From: Eubacteriales bacterium | GTDB taxonomy: Bacteria; Bacillota; Clostridia; Oscillospirales; QAKW01 | Assembly: GCA_045657265.1 (NCBI GenBank) | Contig: JAZOSU010000035.1 | Location: 66,777-130,776 of the forward strand | Length of the DNA stretch: 64,000 bases | Direction of reading: 5' to 3' | In this document: one piece after another, positions 36,235-46,041 of the stretch | How the letters are laid out: each line of letters opens with the position of its first letter | Position numbering within the stretch: the stretch's first letter is position 1 | Notes under the pieces: generated by a model | Database searches by the model: none | What the model was told of the DNA's origin: nothing | Seen by the model: the letters and a program-made list of their open reading frames with translations, nothing else | Made by a program: the position numbers and the translations under genes

Positions 36235-37311
36235 ATGGCAGATATTGAAAATGCAAGAAAGCAGATAAATGAAATTGACAAACAGATGGCAAATCTCTTT
36301 GAAAAACGTATGACCGCCGTAAAAGAAGTGGCTGAATATAAAAGAGAAAGAGGTTTGCAGATAGAAGATAAAAAAAGAGAAGCTCAGGTCATTGAAAGAA
36401 ACTCTCAGTACGTGGATGATAGCGAAATCCGTTCTTTGTACGTAAACTATCTTCAGTATGTTATGGACCTTTCAAAAAATTATCAGCACACTCTGATAGA
36501 CGGACATAAGATAGCCTACAGCGGTGACGTGGGAGCGTTTGCCAACGTTGCTGCATTAAAACTGTTTCCTGACTGTCAGGCGGTAGGATATTCAGATTTC
36601 AAGACTGCATATGAAGCCTGTGAAAAAGGGGAATGTGACTGTGTTCTTCTTCCTTTGGAAAATAGCTTTAACGGTGACGTGGGACAGGTAATGGACCTTG
36701 CATTTTTCGGCTCACTTTATATAAACGACGTGTACGAAGCGGAAATTGTGCAAAATCTTGTTGCATCGCAAAACGCAACTCTTGACAGTATCAAAACCGT
36801 TATAAGTCATCCTCAGGCGCTCGGTCAGTGCGCAAAATATCTGCGCTCACACGGGTATGAAACTAAAGAAGAGGTAAATACCGCAACCGCCGCAAAAATG
36901 GTATCGGAAAGCGGAAGAACGGATATTGCGGCAATAGCAAGTGAACAGGCGGCAAAAGAGTACGGACTTAAAAAACTTGCCGTTGCAATAAACGAAAGCG
37001 GTACAAACTCTACAAGGTTTGCGGTATTTTCAAGAGTACGCAAAACCGATGTTCGTGACGATAACAGATTTATAATGATGTTTACCGTTAAAAACGAGCC
37101 GGGAAGTCTTGCAAAAGCGGTTTCGGCTATCGGTGAGAACGGTTTTAACCTGAAAGCCCTTAAAAGCAGACCCACAAAAGACTCAAGCTGGTGTTATTAT
37201 TTTTATGTTGAGGGCGAGGGCATAGTAAACTCTTTTGAGGGAAGAAGAATGTTATCACAGCTTGAACCTAACTGTCTTTCGGTAAAAATTGTAGGTTCAT
37301 ACAGAGAATAA
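36235..37311 (+). CDS. pheA: bifunctional chorismate mutase / prephenate dehydratase
   Basis: N-terminal CM_2 domain (RKQINEIDKQMANLFEKRM); PDT domain (IAYSGDVGAFAN...ENSFNGDV); C-terminal ACT. Confidence 0.9.
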   Translation: MADIENARKQINEIDKQMANLFEKRMTAVKEVAEYKRERGLQIEDKKREAQVIERNSQYVDDSEIRSLYVNYLQYVMDLSKNYQHTLIDGHKIAYSGDVGAFANVAALKLFPDCQAVGYSDFKTAYEACEKGECDCVLLPLENSFNGDVGQVMDLAFFGSLYINDVYEAEIVQNLVASQNATLDSIKTVISHPQALGQCAKYLRSHGYETKEEVNTATAAKMVSESGRTDIAAIASEQAAKEYGLKKLAVAINESGTNSTRFAVFSRVRKTDVRDDNRFIMMFTVKNEPGSLAKAVSAIGENGFNLKALKSRPTKDSSWCYYFYVEGEGIVNSFEGRRMLSQLEPNCLSVKIVGSYRE

Positions 37312-37325
37312 AAGGGGTTGATTTT

Positions 37326-38318
37326 ATGATAATACCTGTAAAAACATCCGGCGGCGGATATGATATTATTCTGGAAAGAGGCGCCATTTCAAAAGCAGAC
37401 AAATATTTTAATCTTGAAAGACGGGTTCTTATTGTAACAGATGACGGAGTTCCGCAAGATTATGCCAAAACATTGGCAGATAAATGCAAACTGCCTTATA
37501 TTGTAACTCTGCCCAAAGGCGAGAACACCAAAAGCTTTGAAAACTATAAACTGCTTCTTTCAAAGCTTGTAAGCTACGGCTTTACAAGAACAGACTGTAT
37601 TGTTGCGGTAGGCGGCGGAGTTATGGGAGACCTTGCAGGGTTTGCCTCAAGTAGTTTTATGCGTGGCATTGATTTTTATAACGTACCTACAACAGTCTTG
37701 TCGCAGGTGGATTCCTCTATCGGCGGAAAGGTTGCAATAAACTTTGAGGGTATTAAAAACATAGTAGGCGCTTTTTACCCGCCAAAAGCAGTTATCATAG
37801 ATGCCGATACTCTTGCAACTCTTGATGAAAGACAGATATCAAACGGACTTGCAGAAGCTGTTAAAATGTCACTTACCTGTGACAGTGAGCTGTTTGAACT
37901 GTTTGAAAAAGGCATCGCAAAACAGGATATAGAAACTGTAATCCGAAGAAGTCTTCTTATTAAAAAACAGGTAGTTGAGAAAGACGAGAAAGAATCGGGT
38001 GTTCGCAAAATTCTCAATTTCGGACATACTCTGGCACATGCTATTGAATCCCAAAGCGGAATGAAAGAACTGTATCACGGCGAATGTGTGGCAATAGGAA
38101 TGATAGCAATGTGCTCGGACAGTGTGAGAAAAAGACTTGAAAAAGTGCTTGAATCTCTTAATCTTCCCGTATCGGTGCAGTGTGACAGAGAAAAAATAAT
38201 CGAAGCTGTAAAACACGATAAAAAATGCAGTGGTGATAAGATTACGGTTATATACGTAGAAACTGTAGGACAGTACGTTATGAAAACTGTAGATATAAAT
38301 CAACTGATAGGAGAATAA
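37326..38318 (+). CDS. aroB: 3-dehydroquinate synthase
   Basis: GGGVMGDLAGFASSSFMRGIDFYNVPTTVLSQVDSSIGGKVAINF and the HTLAHAIE metal site. Confidence 0.85.
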   Translation: MIIPVKTSGGGYDIILERGAISKADKYFNLERRVLIVTDDGVPQDYAKTLADKCKLPYIVTLPKGENTKSFENYKLLLSKLVSYGFTRTDCIVAVGGGVMGDLAGFASSSFMRGIDFYNVPTTVLSQVDSSIGGKVAINFEGIKNIVGAFYPPKAVIIDADTLATLDERQISNGLAEAVKMSLTCDSELFELFEKGIAKQDIETVIRRSLLIKKQVVEKDEKESGVRKILNFGHTLAHAIESQSGMKELYHGECVAIGMIAMCSDSVRKRLEKVLESLNLPVSVQCDREKIIEAVKHDKKCSGDKITVIYVETVGQYVMKTVDINQLIGE

Positions 38319-38320
38319 CC

Positions 38321-39412
38321 TTGAAAAACATATTCGGAAACAACTTGACAGTAACTCTTTTCGGCGAAAGCCACGGACAATATATAGGAGCAGTAATTGA
38401 CGGTATATCTCCCGGAATTACGGTTGACAGAGATTTTATAGATGCAAAACTTGCCCTGAGAAGACCTGTAGGAGAAATTTCCACATCAAGACAGGAAGCT
38501 GACAACTACGTAATAGCATCGGGAGTATTTGAGGGAAAAACAACAGGTACACCCATAGCTATTATGATACCTAACGAAAATACAAAATCAAAAGACTATA
38601 GCGAGATACGCTCCAAAGCACGTCCTTCACATGCAGACTATACCGCTTTTGCAAAATACCACGGATTTGAAGACTACAGAGGAGGCGGACATTTCAGCGG
38701 AAGACTGACCGCGCCGATAGTTGTAGTCGGGGCAATATGTATGAGCGCACTTCAAAACAAAGGCATTTATATCGGCACTCATATAAAAAGCATACAAAAC
38801 GTATGTGACAGAGATTTTGATAATATTCTTTGCGATATAAAAACCCTGTCTGATAAAGAGTTTGCGGTTTTGGACGAATCTGCAAAAGACAAAATGACAG
38901 ACTGTATTTTAAACGCAAAAAAAGACGGTGACAGTGTAGGCGGAGTTCTCGAAACTGCAGTATGGGGAATGCCATCAGGTGTAGGCGAACCGTTTTTTGA
39001 CAGTATGGAAAGTATGATATCTCACGCTATGTTTTCTATCCCTGCAGTAAAAGGGGTTGAATTCGGAGCGGGATTTGAAATTACCAAAATGCGCGGGTCT
39101 TTGGCAAACGACGAGTTTTATATGACAGATGGTATGCCCGTTACTGCAACTAACAACGGCGGCGGAATAAACGCCGGAATTACAAACGGTATGCCCATTG
39201 TTTTCAGAACGGCGATAAAACCTACCCCGTCAATTTCCAAACCTCAGCATACCGTTGACTTTATAAAAGGCGAAGATGCAACTTTAGAAATAAACGGAAG
39301 ACACGACCCTTGCATAGTTCACAGAGCAAGAGTTGTTCAGGACTGTATGTGCGCTATTGTAATTGCCGATATGCTTATTACAAGATTCGGAACGGATTTT
39401 CTCGGAGAATAA
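38321..39412 (+). CDS. aroC: chorismate synthase
   Basis: TLFGESHG; RPSHADYT; GGGHFSGR; GRHDPC. TTG start preceded by AGGAGA. Confidence 0.92.
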   Translation: MKNIFGNNLTVTLFGESHGQYIGAVIDGISPGITVDRDFIDAKLALRRPVGEISTSRQEADNYVIASGVFEGKTTGTPIAIMIPNENTKSKDYSEIRSKARPSHADYTAFAKYHGFEDYRGGGHFSGRLTAPIVVVGAICMSALQNKGIYIGTHIKSIQNVCDRDFDNILCDIKTLSDKEFAVLDESAKDKMTDCILNAKKDGDSVGGVLETAVWGMPSGVGEPFFDSMESMISHAMFSIPAVKGVEFGAGFEITKMRGSLANDEFYMTDGMPVTATNNGGGINAGITNGMPIVFRTAIKPTPSISKPQHTVDFIKGEDATLEINGRHDPCIVHRARVVQDCMCAIVIADMLITRFGTDFLGE

Positions 39413-39415
39413 TTT

Positions 39416-40657
39416 ATGGAATACGGATGCATAGCAAAAAAACTTTCACACAGTTTTTCAAAAACAATCCATAATATGCTGTGCGATTACGATTATCAGT
39501 ATATGGAACTTTCTGAAACTCAGCTTGAAAGTTTTATGATAAATAAACCCTTTAAAGCAATAAACGTTACCATTCCTTATAAACAGGATGTAATAAAATA
39601 CCTCGATTATACAGATAGTATAGCCAAAAACATAGGCGCGGTTAATACTATCGTAAATAAAGATGGAAAACTTTATGGATATAATACCGATTTTTCAGGA
39701 ATGATAGCTCTTATAAATAAAATCGGTTTATGCCTTGAAAACAAAAAGGTTGTAATTTTAGGTTCAGGCGGTACGTCCAAAACTGCGTATGAAGTTGCAA
39801 AATTTTTAAAGGCAAAAGAGGTTTTCAGGGTATCAAGAAGCGGAAAAGACGGCGCTATTACTTATGAGACTCTTTATGAATTTCATAAAGATACAGATAT
39901 TCTGATAAATACTACTCCCTGCGGAATGTATCCCGAAATTGATAATGTGCCTGTGGATATTGATATATTTACAAATCTTTCGGGAGTTGTTGACGCTGTG
40001 TATAATCCCCTTCGTTCAAAGCTTGTTATGTCTGCAAAACAAAAAGGTATAAAAGCAGAGGGCGGACTGTATATGCTTGTGTCTCAGGCGGTTTTTGCAT
40101 CGGAGCATTTTACAGGCAGAGAGTTTGACAAAAGTGAAATTGACAGAATATACAGTAGTATTTTAAAACAAAAAGAAAACATAGTGCTAACAGGAATGGC
40201 GGGATGCGGAAAAACCACTCTCGGCAGGGAAATTGCCAAAAAACTCGGTATGGATTTTGTTGATACCGACGAAGAAATTGTGAAAAAACAGGGCAAAGCC
40301 ATACCTGAAATATTTAAAGAGAGTGGCGAGGCTGAGTTTCGCAGAATTGAAAGTCAGGTAATTGCGGAAATTTCGGGGCAAACGGCAATTGTCATTGCAA
40401 CAGGGGGCGGAGCGGTTTTGAATGAACAAAACGTTCAGTCTCTTAAACAAAACGGCAAGGTAATCTTTATTGACAGAGACATTGAAAGAATAAACCCCAC
40501 AGATGACAGACCCCTTTCTGACAATTATGAGAAACTGAAAGCTCTTTATAATGAAAGACTGCCCATCTATATAGGATCTGCTGACATAAGAATTAAAACA
40601 GACGGAACTATAGACGAAAACGTTCGGAGAATTATAAATGAATGTAGTAATAACTAA
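39416..40657 (+). CDS. aroE/aroK: fused shikimate dehydrogenase (N-terminal) / shikimate kinase (C-terminal)
   Basis: AroE blocks NVTIPYKQ, GAVNTIVNKDGKLYGYNTDFSG and ILGSGGTS; then P-loop LTGMAGCGKTTLGREIA, DTDEEI and the ATGGG lid. Confidence 0.85.
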   Translation: MEYGCIAKKLSHSFSKTIHNMLCDYDYQYMELSETQLESFMINKPFKAINVTIPYKQDVIKYLDYTDSIAKNIGAVNTIVNKDGKLYGYNTDFSGMIALINKIGLCLENKKVVILGSGGTSKTAYEVAKFLKAKEVFRVSRSGKDGAITYETLYEFHKDTDILINTTPCGMYPEIDNVPVDIDIFTNLSGVVDAVYNPLRSKLVMSAKQKGIKAEGGLYMLVSQAVFASEHFTGREFDKSEIDRIYSSILKQKENIVLTGMAGCGKTTLGREIAKKLGMDFVDTDEEIVKKQGKAIPEIFKESGEAEFRRIESQVIAEISGQTAIVIATGGGAVLNEQNVQSLKQNGKVIFIDRDIERINPTDDRPLSDNYEKLKALYNERLPIYIGSADIRIKTDGTIDENVRRIINECSNN

Positions 40658-41780
40658 AAGCATAGCAAAAGGAGAAATAAAAGCTCCCCCTTCTAAAAGT
40701 ATGGCTCACAGACTGCTTATCTGCAGTCATTTTGCGGGTGGCTCGGTTGTTTCGGGTGTTGAATATTCAGAGGATATAAAAGCTACAAAAGAGTGTCTTG
40801 AAGCTCTGGAAACAGGAGACGAGCTATATTGTAATGAAAGCGGAAGCACTCTTCGGTTTATCATTCCCATCTGTCTTTTGCAAGACAGAGAAATAACCCT
40901 TAAAGGTACAGACAGGCTGTTTTCCCGTTGTCTTGAAGTGTACGAGGATATATGCAACAAGCAAAACCTGTATTTTAAACAGACTGAAAACAGCGTTACT
41001 GTCAAAGGAAAATTAAAAAGCGGATATTTCAAAGTCAGAGGCGATATTTCAAGTCAGTTTATAAGCGGTCTTATGTTTGTTTTGCCTTCTTTGGAGGGTG
41101 AGAGCGTAATTGAAATATCGGGTAAAATTGAAAGCAGACCTTATATTGATATGACTTTAGAAGCCCTTGAAACTTTCGGTATTTGCGAAAAGTTTGAGGG
41201 CAATATAATCACAATAAAAGGAAATCAGAAATATATGCCCCAAACTGTAAAGGTTACGGGAGATTATTCAAACAGCGCATTTTTAGATGCTTTTAATTAT
41301 CTTGGCGGAGACGTTAAGGTTTCGGGACTTGATGAAAACTCCTGTCAGGGAGATAAAATATATAAAGAGTATTTTGAAAGTCTTGAAAAGGGTACACCTA
41401 CTCTTGACGTGAGTGACTGCCCTGACCTTGCGCCTGTGCTTATGGCGCTTGCGGCGGCAAAAAACGGTTGTAAACTCACAGGAACACGCAGACTTAAAAT
41501 CAAAGAAAGCGACAGAGGAGTTGCTATGAAAACGGAACTTGCCAAAATGGGAGTTTCGGTTACGGTAAACGATAATGACATTGTAGTTACGGGAAAGGTT
41601 TGTACTCCAAAAGAAACCCTTTACGGTCACAATGACCATAGAATAGTAATGGCTCTTTCGGTACTTTGTTCTGTGACAGGCGGTACTATTGAGGGAGCAG
41701 AGGCGGTAAGTAAAAGCTACCCCGACTTTTTTGAAAAAATAAAAACACTTGGAATAGAGGCGAATGTAAATGAAACTTGA
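40638..41780 (+). CDS. aroA: 3-phosphoshikimate 1-carboxyvinyltransferase (EPSP synthase), short form
   Basis: PPSKSMAHR; GSTLRF; DISSQFISGLMF; KESDR; DHRIVMA. Confidence 0.88.
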   Translation: MNVVITKSIAKGEIKAPPSKSMAHRLLICSHFAGGSVVSGVEYSEDIKATKECLEALETGDELYCNESGSTLRFIIPICLLQDREITLKGTDRLFSRCLEVYEDICNKQNLYFKQTENSVTVKGKLKSGYFKVRGDISSQFISGLMFVLPSLEGESVIEISGKIESRPYIDMTLEALETFGICEKFEGNIITIKGNQKYMPQTVKVTGDYSNSAFLDAFNYLGGDVKVSGLDENSCQGDKIYKEYFESLEKGTPTLDVSDCPDLAPVLMALAAAKNGCKLTGTRRLKIKESDRGVAMKTELAKMGVSVTVNDNDIVVTGKVCTPKETLYGHNDHRIVMALSVLCSVTGGTIEGAEAVSKSYPDFFEKIKTLGIEANVNET

Positions 41781-42630
41781 AAAAAATATGAAGACGCTTA
41801 TAATAGGCCTTGGACTACTTGGCGGAAGCTACGCTATGAGTCTTAAAAGACAGGGTTATCCCGTGTATGCAATAACCCGCTCACAGTCTTCTATTGATTA
41901 CGCGCTTGAACATAATATGATAGACGGTGGAACAACCGAGATAGATGAGGAGCTTATAGGTTCTGCCGATCTTGTGATTTTTGCTCTTTATCCCAACGTG
42001 TTTAAAAACTGGATAAAAGAAAATCAGCAATATTTTAAAAAAGGCGCGGTTATTACTGATGTTACGGGTGTTAAAGCCTGTATCGTATATGAAATTCAGG
42101 ATATGTTAAGACAGGATGTGGAATTTATTGCGGCGCATCCTATGGCAGGTAAAGAAGTGTACGGTGTAGAAAATGCCGACGACAGTATATTCCATAAAGC
42201 CAATTATATAGTTGTTCCCACTTCCCAAAATACAGCGGCGGCAATGGAGCTTTGCCGTGACCTTGGTTGGAAGCTCGGTTTTAAAGACGTTTCCGAGCTT
42301 TCCCCCGAAATGCACGACGAGATGATAGCTTATCTGTCTCAGCTGACTCATTGTATAGCGGTTTCGCTTATGTGCTGTAATGATTTTCGAGGTCTTGAAA
42401 ACTATACGGGTGACTCGTTCCGTGACCTTACAAGAATTGCGAAAATAAACGACGATATGTGGAGTGAACTGTTTGTTTTAAACAGAGATACACTCCTTCG
42501 TGAAATGGATAAATTCAGACGTTCGTTCAATGATATGTACGATAAACTTTTAAATTGTGACGAAGACGGTATGCGCGAAATGATGAAAGTATCTACTATG
42601 CGCAGAAAACGGTTTGACAAAAAAGATTAA
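41770..42630 (+). CDS. tyrA: prephenate dehydrogenase
   Basis: Rossmann IIGLGLLGGSYA; HPMAG; 286 aa. The alternative start is 41788. Confidence 0.88.
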   Translation: MKLEKNMKTLIIGLGLLGGSYAMSLKRQGYPVYAITRSQSSIDYALEHNMIDGGTTEIDEELIGSADLVIFALYPNVFKNWIKENQQYFKKGAVITDVTGVKACIVYEIQDMLRQDVEFIAAHPMAGKEVYGVENADDSIFHKANYIVVPTSQNTAAAMELCRDLGWKLGFKDVSELSPEMHDEMIAYLSQLTHCIAVSLMCCNDFRGLENYTGDSFRDLTRIAKINDDMWSELFVLNRDTLLREMDKFRRSFNDMYDKLLNCDEDGMREMMKVSTMRRKRFDKKD

Positions 42631-42631
42631 G

Positions 42632-42777
42632 GTGACAAGAGTAATACGAACCTGCCGTAAAGATGCAGATTTCGGGTCTTTTCACCGATTTTATTCTCGT
42701 AAGGCGCCTTGCCTTACTTCGCCTAAACATCAGCAAAAATCCGCCTTTTAAAAACAAGTTCGGATTATTCTTGTTAC
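42632..42777. repeat. inverted-repeat element between tyrA and aroF
   Basis: 20-nt arms GTGACAAGAGTAATACGAAC / GTTCGGATTATTCTTGTTAC (17/20 complementary) enclose about 106 nt of relatively GC-rich sequence with the internal hairpin GTAAGGC-gcctt-GCCTTAC. Confidence 0.65.
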
Positions 42778-42793
42778 ATTAAGGAGAACTATT

Positions 42794-43816
42794 ATGGAAT
42801 TTTTAAGAAAACTTCCCATTCCTATGGATATAAAAACCCAGTATCCTTTATCGGATAAAATGGTTTTGGTAAAAGAAAAAAGAGATAAAGAAATACGTGA
42901 GGTGTTCGAGGGAAAATCAGATAAATTTATTCTGGTTATAGGTCCTTGCTCTGCCGACTCAAAAGAGCCTGTAATGGACTATATATCACGTCTTCGTCTT
43001 GTTCAGGATAAGGTTTGTGATAAAATTATCATAATTCCCAGAATTTATACAAACAAACCGAGAACAACAGGTGACGGTTATAAGGGTATGCTTCATCAGC
43101 CAAACCCCGAAGAGCATACAGATATGCTAAAGGGCATCATTTCTATCAGAGACTTGCACCTGTCGGCTCTTCGTGACTGCGATTTTTCCTGTGCCGACGA
43201 AATGCTCTACCCTGAAAACTACAGATATCTTTCCGATCTTTTGTCATATGTTGCAATAGGCGCCCGTTCTGTTGAAAACCAGCAACATAGACTGACAGCA
43301 TCAGGGCTTGATATACCGGTTGGTATGAAAAACCCTACAGGCGGTGACCTTTCCATTATGATGAACGCTATCACAGCAGGTCAGCATAAGCATACTTTCC
43401 TTTACAGAGGTTGGGAAGTGCGTTCAGAGGGTAATCCGTATACCCACTCGATTCTCAGAGGGTATATTGATTTTGCAGGTAAAAACATTTCAAACTACCA
43501 CTACGAAGACCTTATGAACCTAAGACAACTGTATAACGATTATGCTCTTGAAAATCCTGCAGTTATAATTGATACAAACCACGCAAACTCAGGCAAAAAA
43601 TGGCAGGAACAAATCAGAATTGCAAAAGATATCGTTCATAGCGTTGGTATAAATCCCGAACTTCGTAAAATGGTTAAAGGTCTTATGATAGAAAGCTATA
43701 TTGAAGACGGCGCACAGAAGATAGGCGAACACATTTACGGAAAATCCATCACCGACCCCTGTCTCGGCTGGGAAAAAACCGAAAAACTTATATATGATAT
43801 AGCAGACAAACTGTAA
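42794..43816 (+). CDS. aroF: 3-deoxy-7-phosphoheptulonate (DAHP) synthase, class I
   Basis: GPCS; KPRTTGDGYKGMLHQP; IDTNHANS pattern; 340 aa. Confidence 0.9.
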   Translation: MEFLRKLPIPMDIKTQYPLSDKMVLVKEKRDKEIREVFEGKSDKFILVIGPCSADSKEPVMDYISRLRLVQDKVCDKIIIIPRIYTNKPRTTGDGYKGMLHQPNPEEHTDMLKGIISIRDLHLSALRDCDFSCADEMLYPENYRYLSDLLSYVAIGARSVENQQHRLTASGLDIPVGMKNPTGGDLSIMMNAITAGQHKHTFLYRGWEVRSEGNPYTHSILRGYIDFAGKNISNYHYEDLMNLRQLYNDYALENPAVIIDTNHANSGKKWQEQIRIAKDIVHSVGINPELRKMVKGLMIESYIEDGAQKIGEHIYGKSITDPCLGWEKTEKLIYDIADKL

Positions 43817-43837
43817 CAGTAAAAGGCGTATAATTAG

Positions 43838-43866
43838 AAAACCATCGCAATTTGCGATGGTTTTTT
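43838..43866. terminator. bidirectional rho-independent terminator
   Basis: AAAACCATCGCA-att-TGCGATGGTTTTTT, between convergent genes. Confidence 0.85.
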
Positions 43867-43931
43867 AACATTTTATTTTTTGTGTAGTTATTTTTTGCCT
43901 TTTGCGTTCTAAGTGATTTTTACATCCCGCG

Positions 43932-45185
43932 TTAATTATTTACGCCATGGTGGCAAGTAGGACTTGTCATATCACAAGCTTTGAAGGTATATCCGTTTGC
44001 AAGACCCCACTGTATAATCTGTTCAACTGCATTTACGCTGAAGCTTTTGATGTCGTGTTGCAGTACAACAGATACGCTGTGAGTTGCCATTCCGTTTATG
44101 ACGTTTTTGGCAACCTGTGAAGTCGAGGTAGTCTCGCCTGCATCACCGCTTGTTACATTCCAGTCAAAGTATCTGAACCCTTTTGCGGTAACTGAGTTTA
44201 CAAGAGAAGACATAATTCCGGGGTTGAATGAGCTTACCATATTTGAACTTCCACCGGGGAAACGGGTAAGGGTTGTGGTGACACCTGTCTGCGCTTTTAT
44301 TATGTTTTGCATTTTGTAAAGGTCGGCAAAAAATGCGTCTTCACTTGCATAAATCTGTTTGTAGTTGTGGGTTGCGGTGTGAATTGCTATTGCGTGACCC
44401 TCGCTTGTCATACGTGAAAACAGATGGTTGTATGACGGATTGTTGTTTGTTACAAAAAACGTTGCGGGAACATTATATTTTTTAAGAACGTCAAGAAGCT
44501 TTGCTGTATAAGGTCCGGGACCGTCATCAAATGTCAGGTATACAACTTTCTGACCGGGGTTTACGGAGGGCTGTTCCTGTACAGTAACGGTTACTTTTTT
44601 GGGCGGTTCTTTAACAGTAACTTTTCTTGTTGCAGTTGCTGTGTTTCCGCTTGAGTCTTTGATTTCGTATGTGATAACATACTCTCCTGTTTTTTCGGCA
44701 TCAACACTGCCCGATACAGTAACATTTGACGAAATATCTCCGTCGTAGTTATCCTGAGCTACAATTCCTGCATCTTCAAACTTCTTGCCTTTGGTTATGG
44801 AAACCTCAGCATCACCGTTTAAAGTAATGACGGGAGGGGCTGTGTCCTTGACGGAAACTTTTCTTATAAACTCGGCAGACAGTTTTTTGTAGTTTGCTGT
44901 GTATTTTACTGTATACTCGCCCACCTTTGAAGTGTCAATCGTGTTTTCAGTTACAACTTCTACGGGTTTGCCGTTTTTGTATATCCATTTTCCGTATACT
45001 GCGGCACTTGCACCGGGGTCGGTATAGCTCTCACCGTATTCAAGAGTTATTTCGGTGTCTCCTTGGGGTTTTATTTCTATGTGGAATTTGTTAAGAGCAA
45101 TAAACCCCAGTATAATTCCTGCAATGGCAACAACCGATGCCAGAGCAATACATATAATAATTATCAGTTTTTTATTTTTAAGCAT
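43932..45185 (-). CDS. membrane-anchored polysaccharide deacetylase (NodB domain) with two Ig-like (DUF5011-like) domains
   Basis: N-terminal TM; repeated ...DNYDGDISSNV.../TGEYVITY modules; NodB motifs TFDDGPGP, HTATH and LQHD. Confidence 0.85.
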   Translation of the reverse strand: MLKNKKLIIIICIALASVVAIAGIILGFIALNKFHIEIKPQGDTEITLEYGESYTDPGASAAVYGKWIYKNGKPVEVVTENTIDTSKVGEYTVKYTANYKKLSAEFIRKVSVKDTAPPVITLNGDAEVSITKGKKFEDAGIVAQDNYDGDISSNVTVSGSVDAEKTGEYVITYEIKDSSGNTATATRKVTVKEPPKKVTVTVQEQPSVNPGQKVVYLTFDDGPGPYTAKLLDVLKKYNVPATFFVTNNNPSYNHLFSRMTSEGHAIAIHTATHNYKQIYASEDAFFADLYKMQNIIKAQTGVTTTLTRFPGGSSNMVSSFNPGIMSSLVNSVTAKGFRYFDWNVTSGDAGETTSTSQVAKNVINGMATHSVSVVLQHDIKSFSVNAVEQIIQWGLANGYTFKACDMTSPTCHHGVNN

Positions 45186-45400
45186 TTCAAAACCTCTTCC
45201 TTTATTATTATTTATATTATAGGATATATGTAAAAATTATAAAAGTCAACCATTGATAAATAAATACCTCTATTTTACAATGAGTCAAGAGGTGGTTTTA
45301 AATGGGTTTTGACAGACGAGCTTTTGGCGGAAGATATAAAAATACATATAAAAAATACTGCCCTCGCTGTGCTTGAATACTGCAAAGAAAGGGAAATAAT

Positions 45401-45617
45401 ATGAAACAGTTCTCAGATTGCTATAAAAGGCGATAGCATTGTAAGCGGTCACGGTGGCGGAGACAACGGAATTATAACCGCCCTTTATGATTATCTTACA
45501 GATAAACTTACAAAAGAAGAGGTCAGCGAGATAGAAGTTTCTTGTAAAAACCATATGCTTGTTTTTGCAGCAGAACATTCAAGACATACAGGCACAGTTG
45601 TGGATATAGACTGCTGA
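45401..45617 (+). pseudogene. small ORF of unknown function, apparently frameshifted after its third codon
   Basis: RBS-like AAAGGGA then ATG 45401 (MKQ...), which hits a stop after 11 codons. The long frame SQIAIKGDSIVSGHGGGDNGIITALYDYL...VVDIDC (45411-45617) has no start codon and continues upstream through an in-frame TGA at 45402. Confidence 0.3.
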
Positions 45618-45626
45618 GCCCTGAAA

Positions 45627-45670
45627 ATAAAATCACTCGTATTATACAAACACGAGTGATTTTTTTGTTT
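45627..45670. repeat. left copy of a roughly 45-bp direct repeat (hairpin terminator)
   Basis: AAAATCACTCGT-attatacaaa-CACGAGTGATTTTTTT. The 30-nt core 45629-45658 is identical to 46242-46271. Confidence 0.85.
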
Positions 45671-45915
45671 TAAAAATCGTGCCGAAAAGAAATATTTCCG
45701 CAGTTTTTTTCAAAAATACAAACTATTTTTTCAATTTTTTCAAAACAATCATTATCAGCAAGAGTGCTATCTTCTAAAACTGCTTTGATTTGACTCAATG
45801 CATTGTAGCAATTTAATTCGATTATTTCATTTGCATCAATTTTCAAATCAGGAAAGTATACTTCTGCTTTTTCTTTTTTTAAAACATTAATCAATATTTG
45901 TTTATATAATTCCAT
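45670..45915 (-). CDS. hypothetical 81-aa protein
   Basis: ORF with RBS (AAGGAGA on the minus strand, upstream of ATG 45915); divergent from the HTH gene; no motif recognised. Confidence 0.55.
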   Translation of the reverse strand: MELYKQILINVLKKEKAEVYFPDLKIDANEIIELNCYNALSQIKAVLEDSTLADNDCFEKIEKIVCIFEKNCGNISFRHDF

Positions 45916-45962
45916 ATTTTTCTCCTTGTTTTTAAGTGAAAATTTAAGTTATTTTAAATTGT

Positions 45963-45992
45963 ATCATATTGTGATTATATTCACAATATGAT
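45963..45992. promoter_or_regulatory. perfect 12-bp inverted repeat, candidate operator in the divergent intergenic region
   Basis: ATCATATTGTGA-ttatat-TCACAATATGAT. Confidence 0.5.
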
Positions 45993-46041
45993 TTTTTGAT
46001 TTTTCTGCCTATTATAATATCATAAACAAAAAGAAGGTGAT

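Noticed and set aside
45402-45404. Selenocysteine codon
   Set aside because: There is no canonical start for the long frame and no redox-type motif around the TGA. Good RBS/ATG pairs exist in other frames, so frameshift decay is the simpler explanation. It is kept as a low-interest finding only because of the downstream hairpin.
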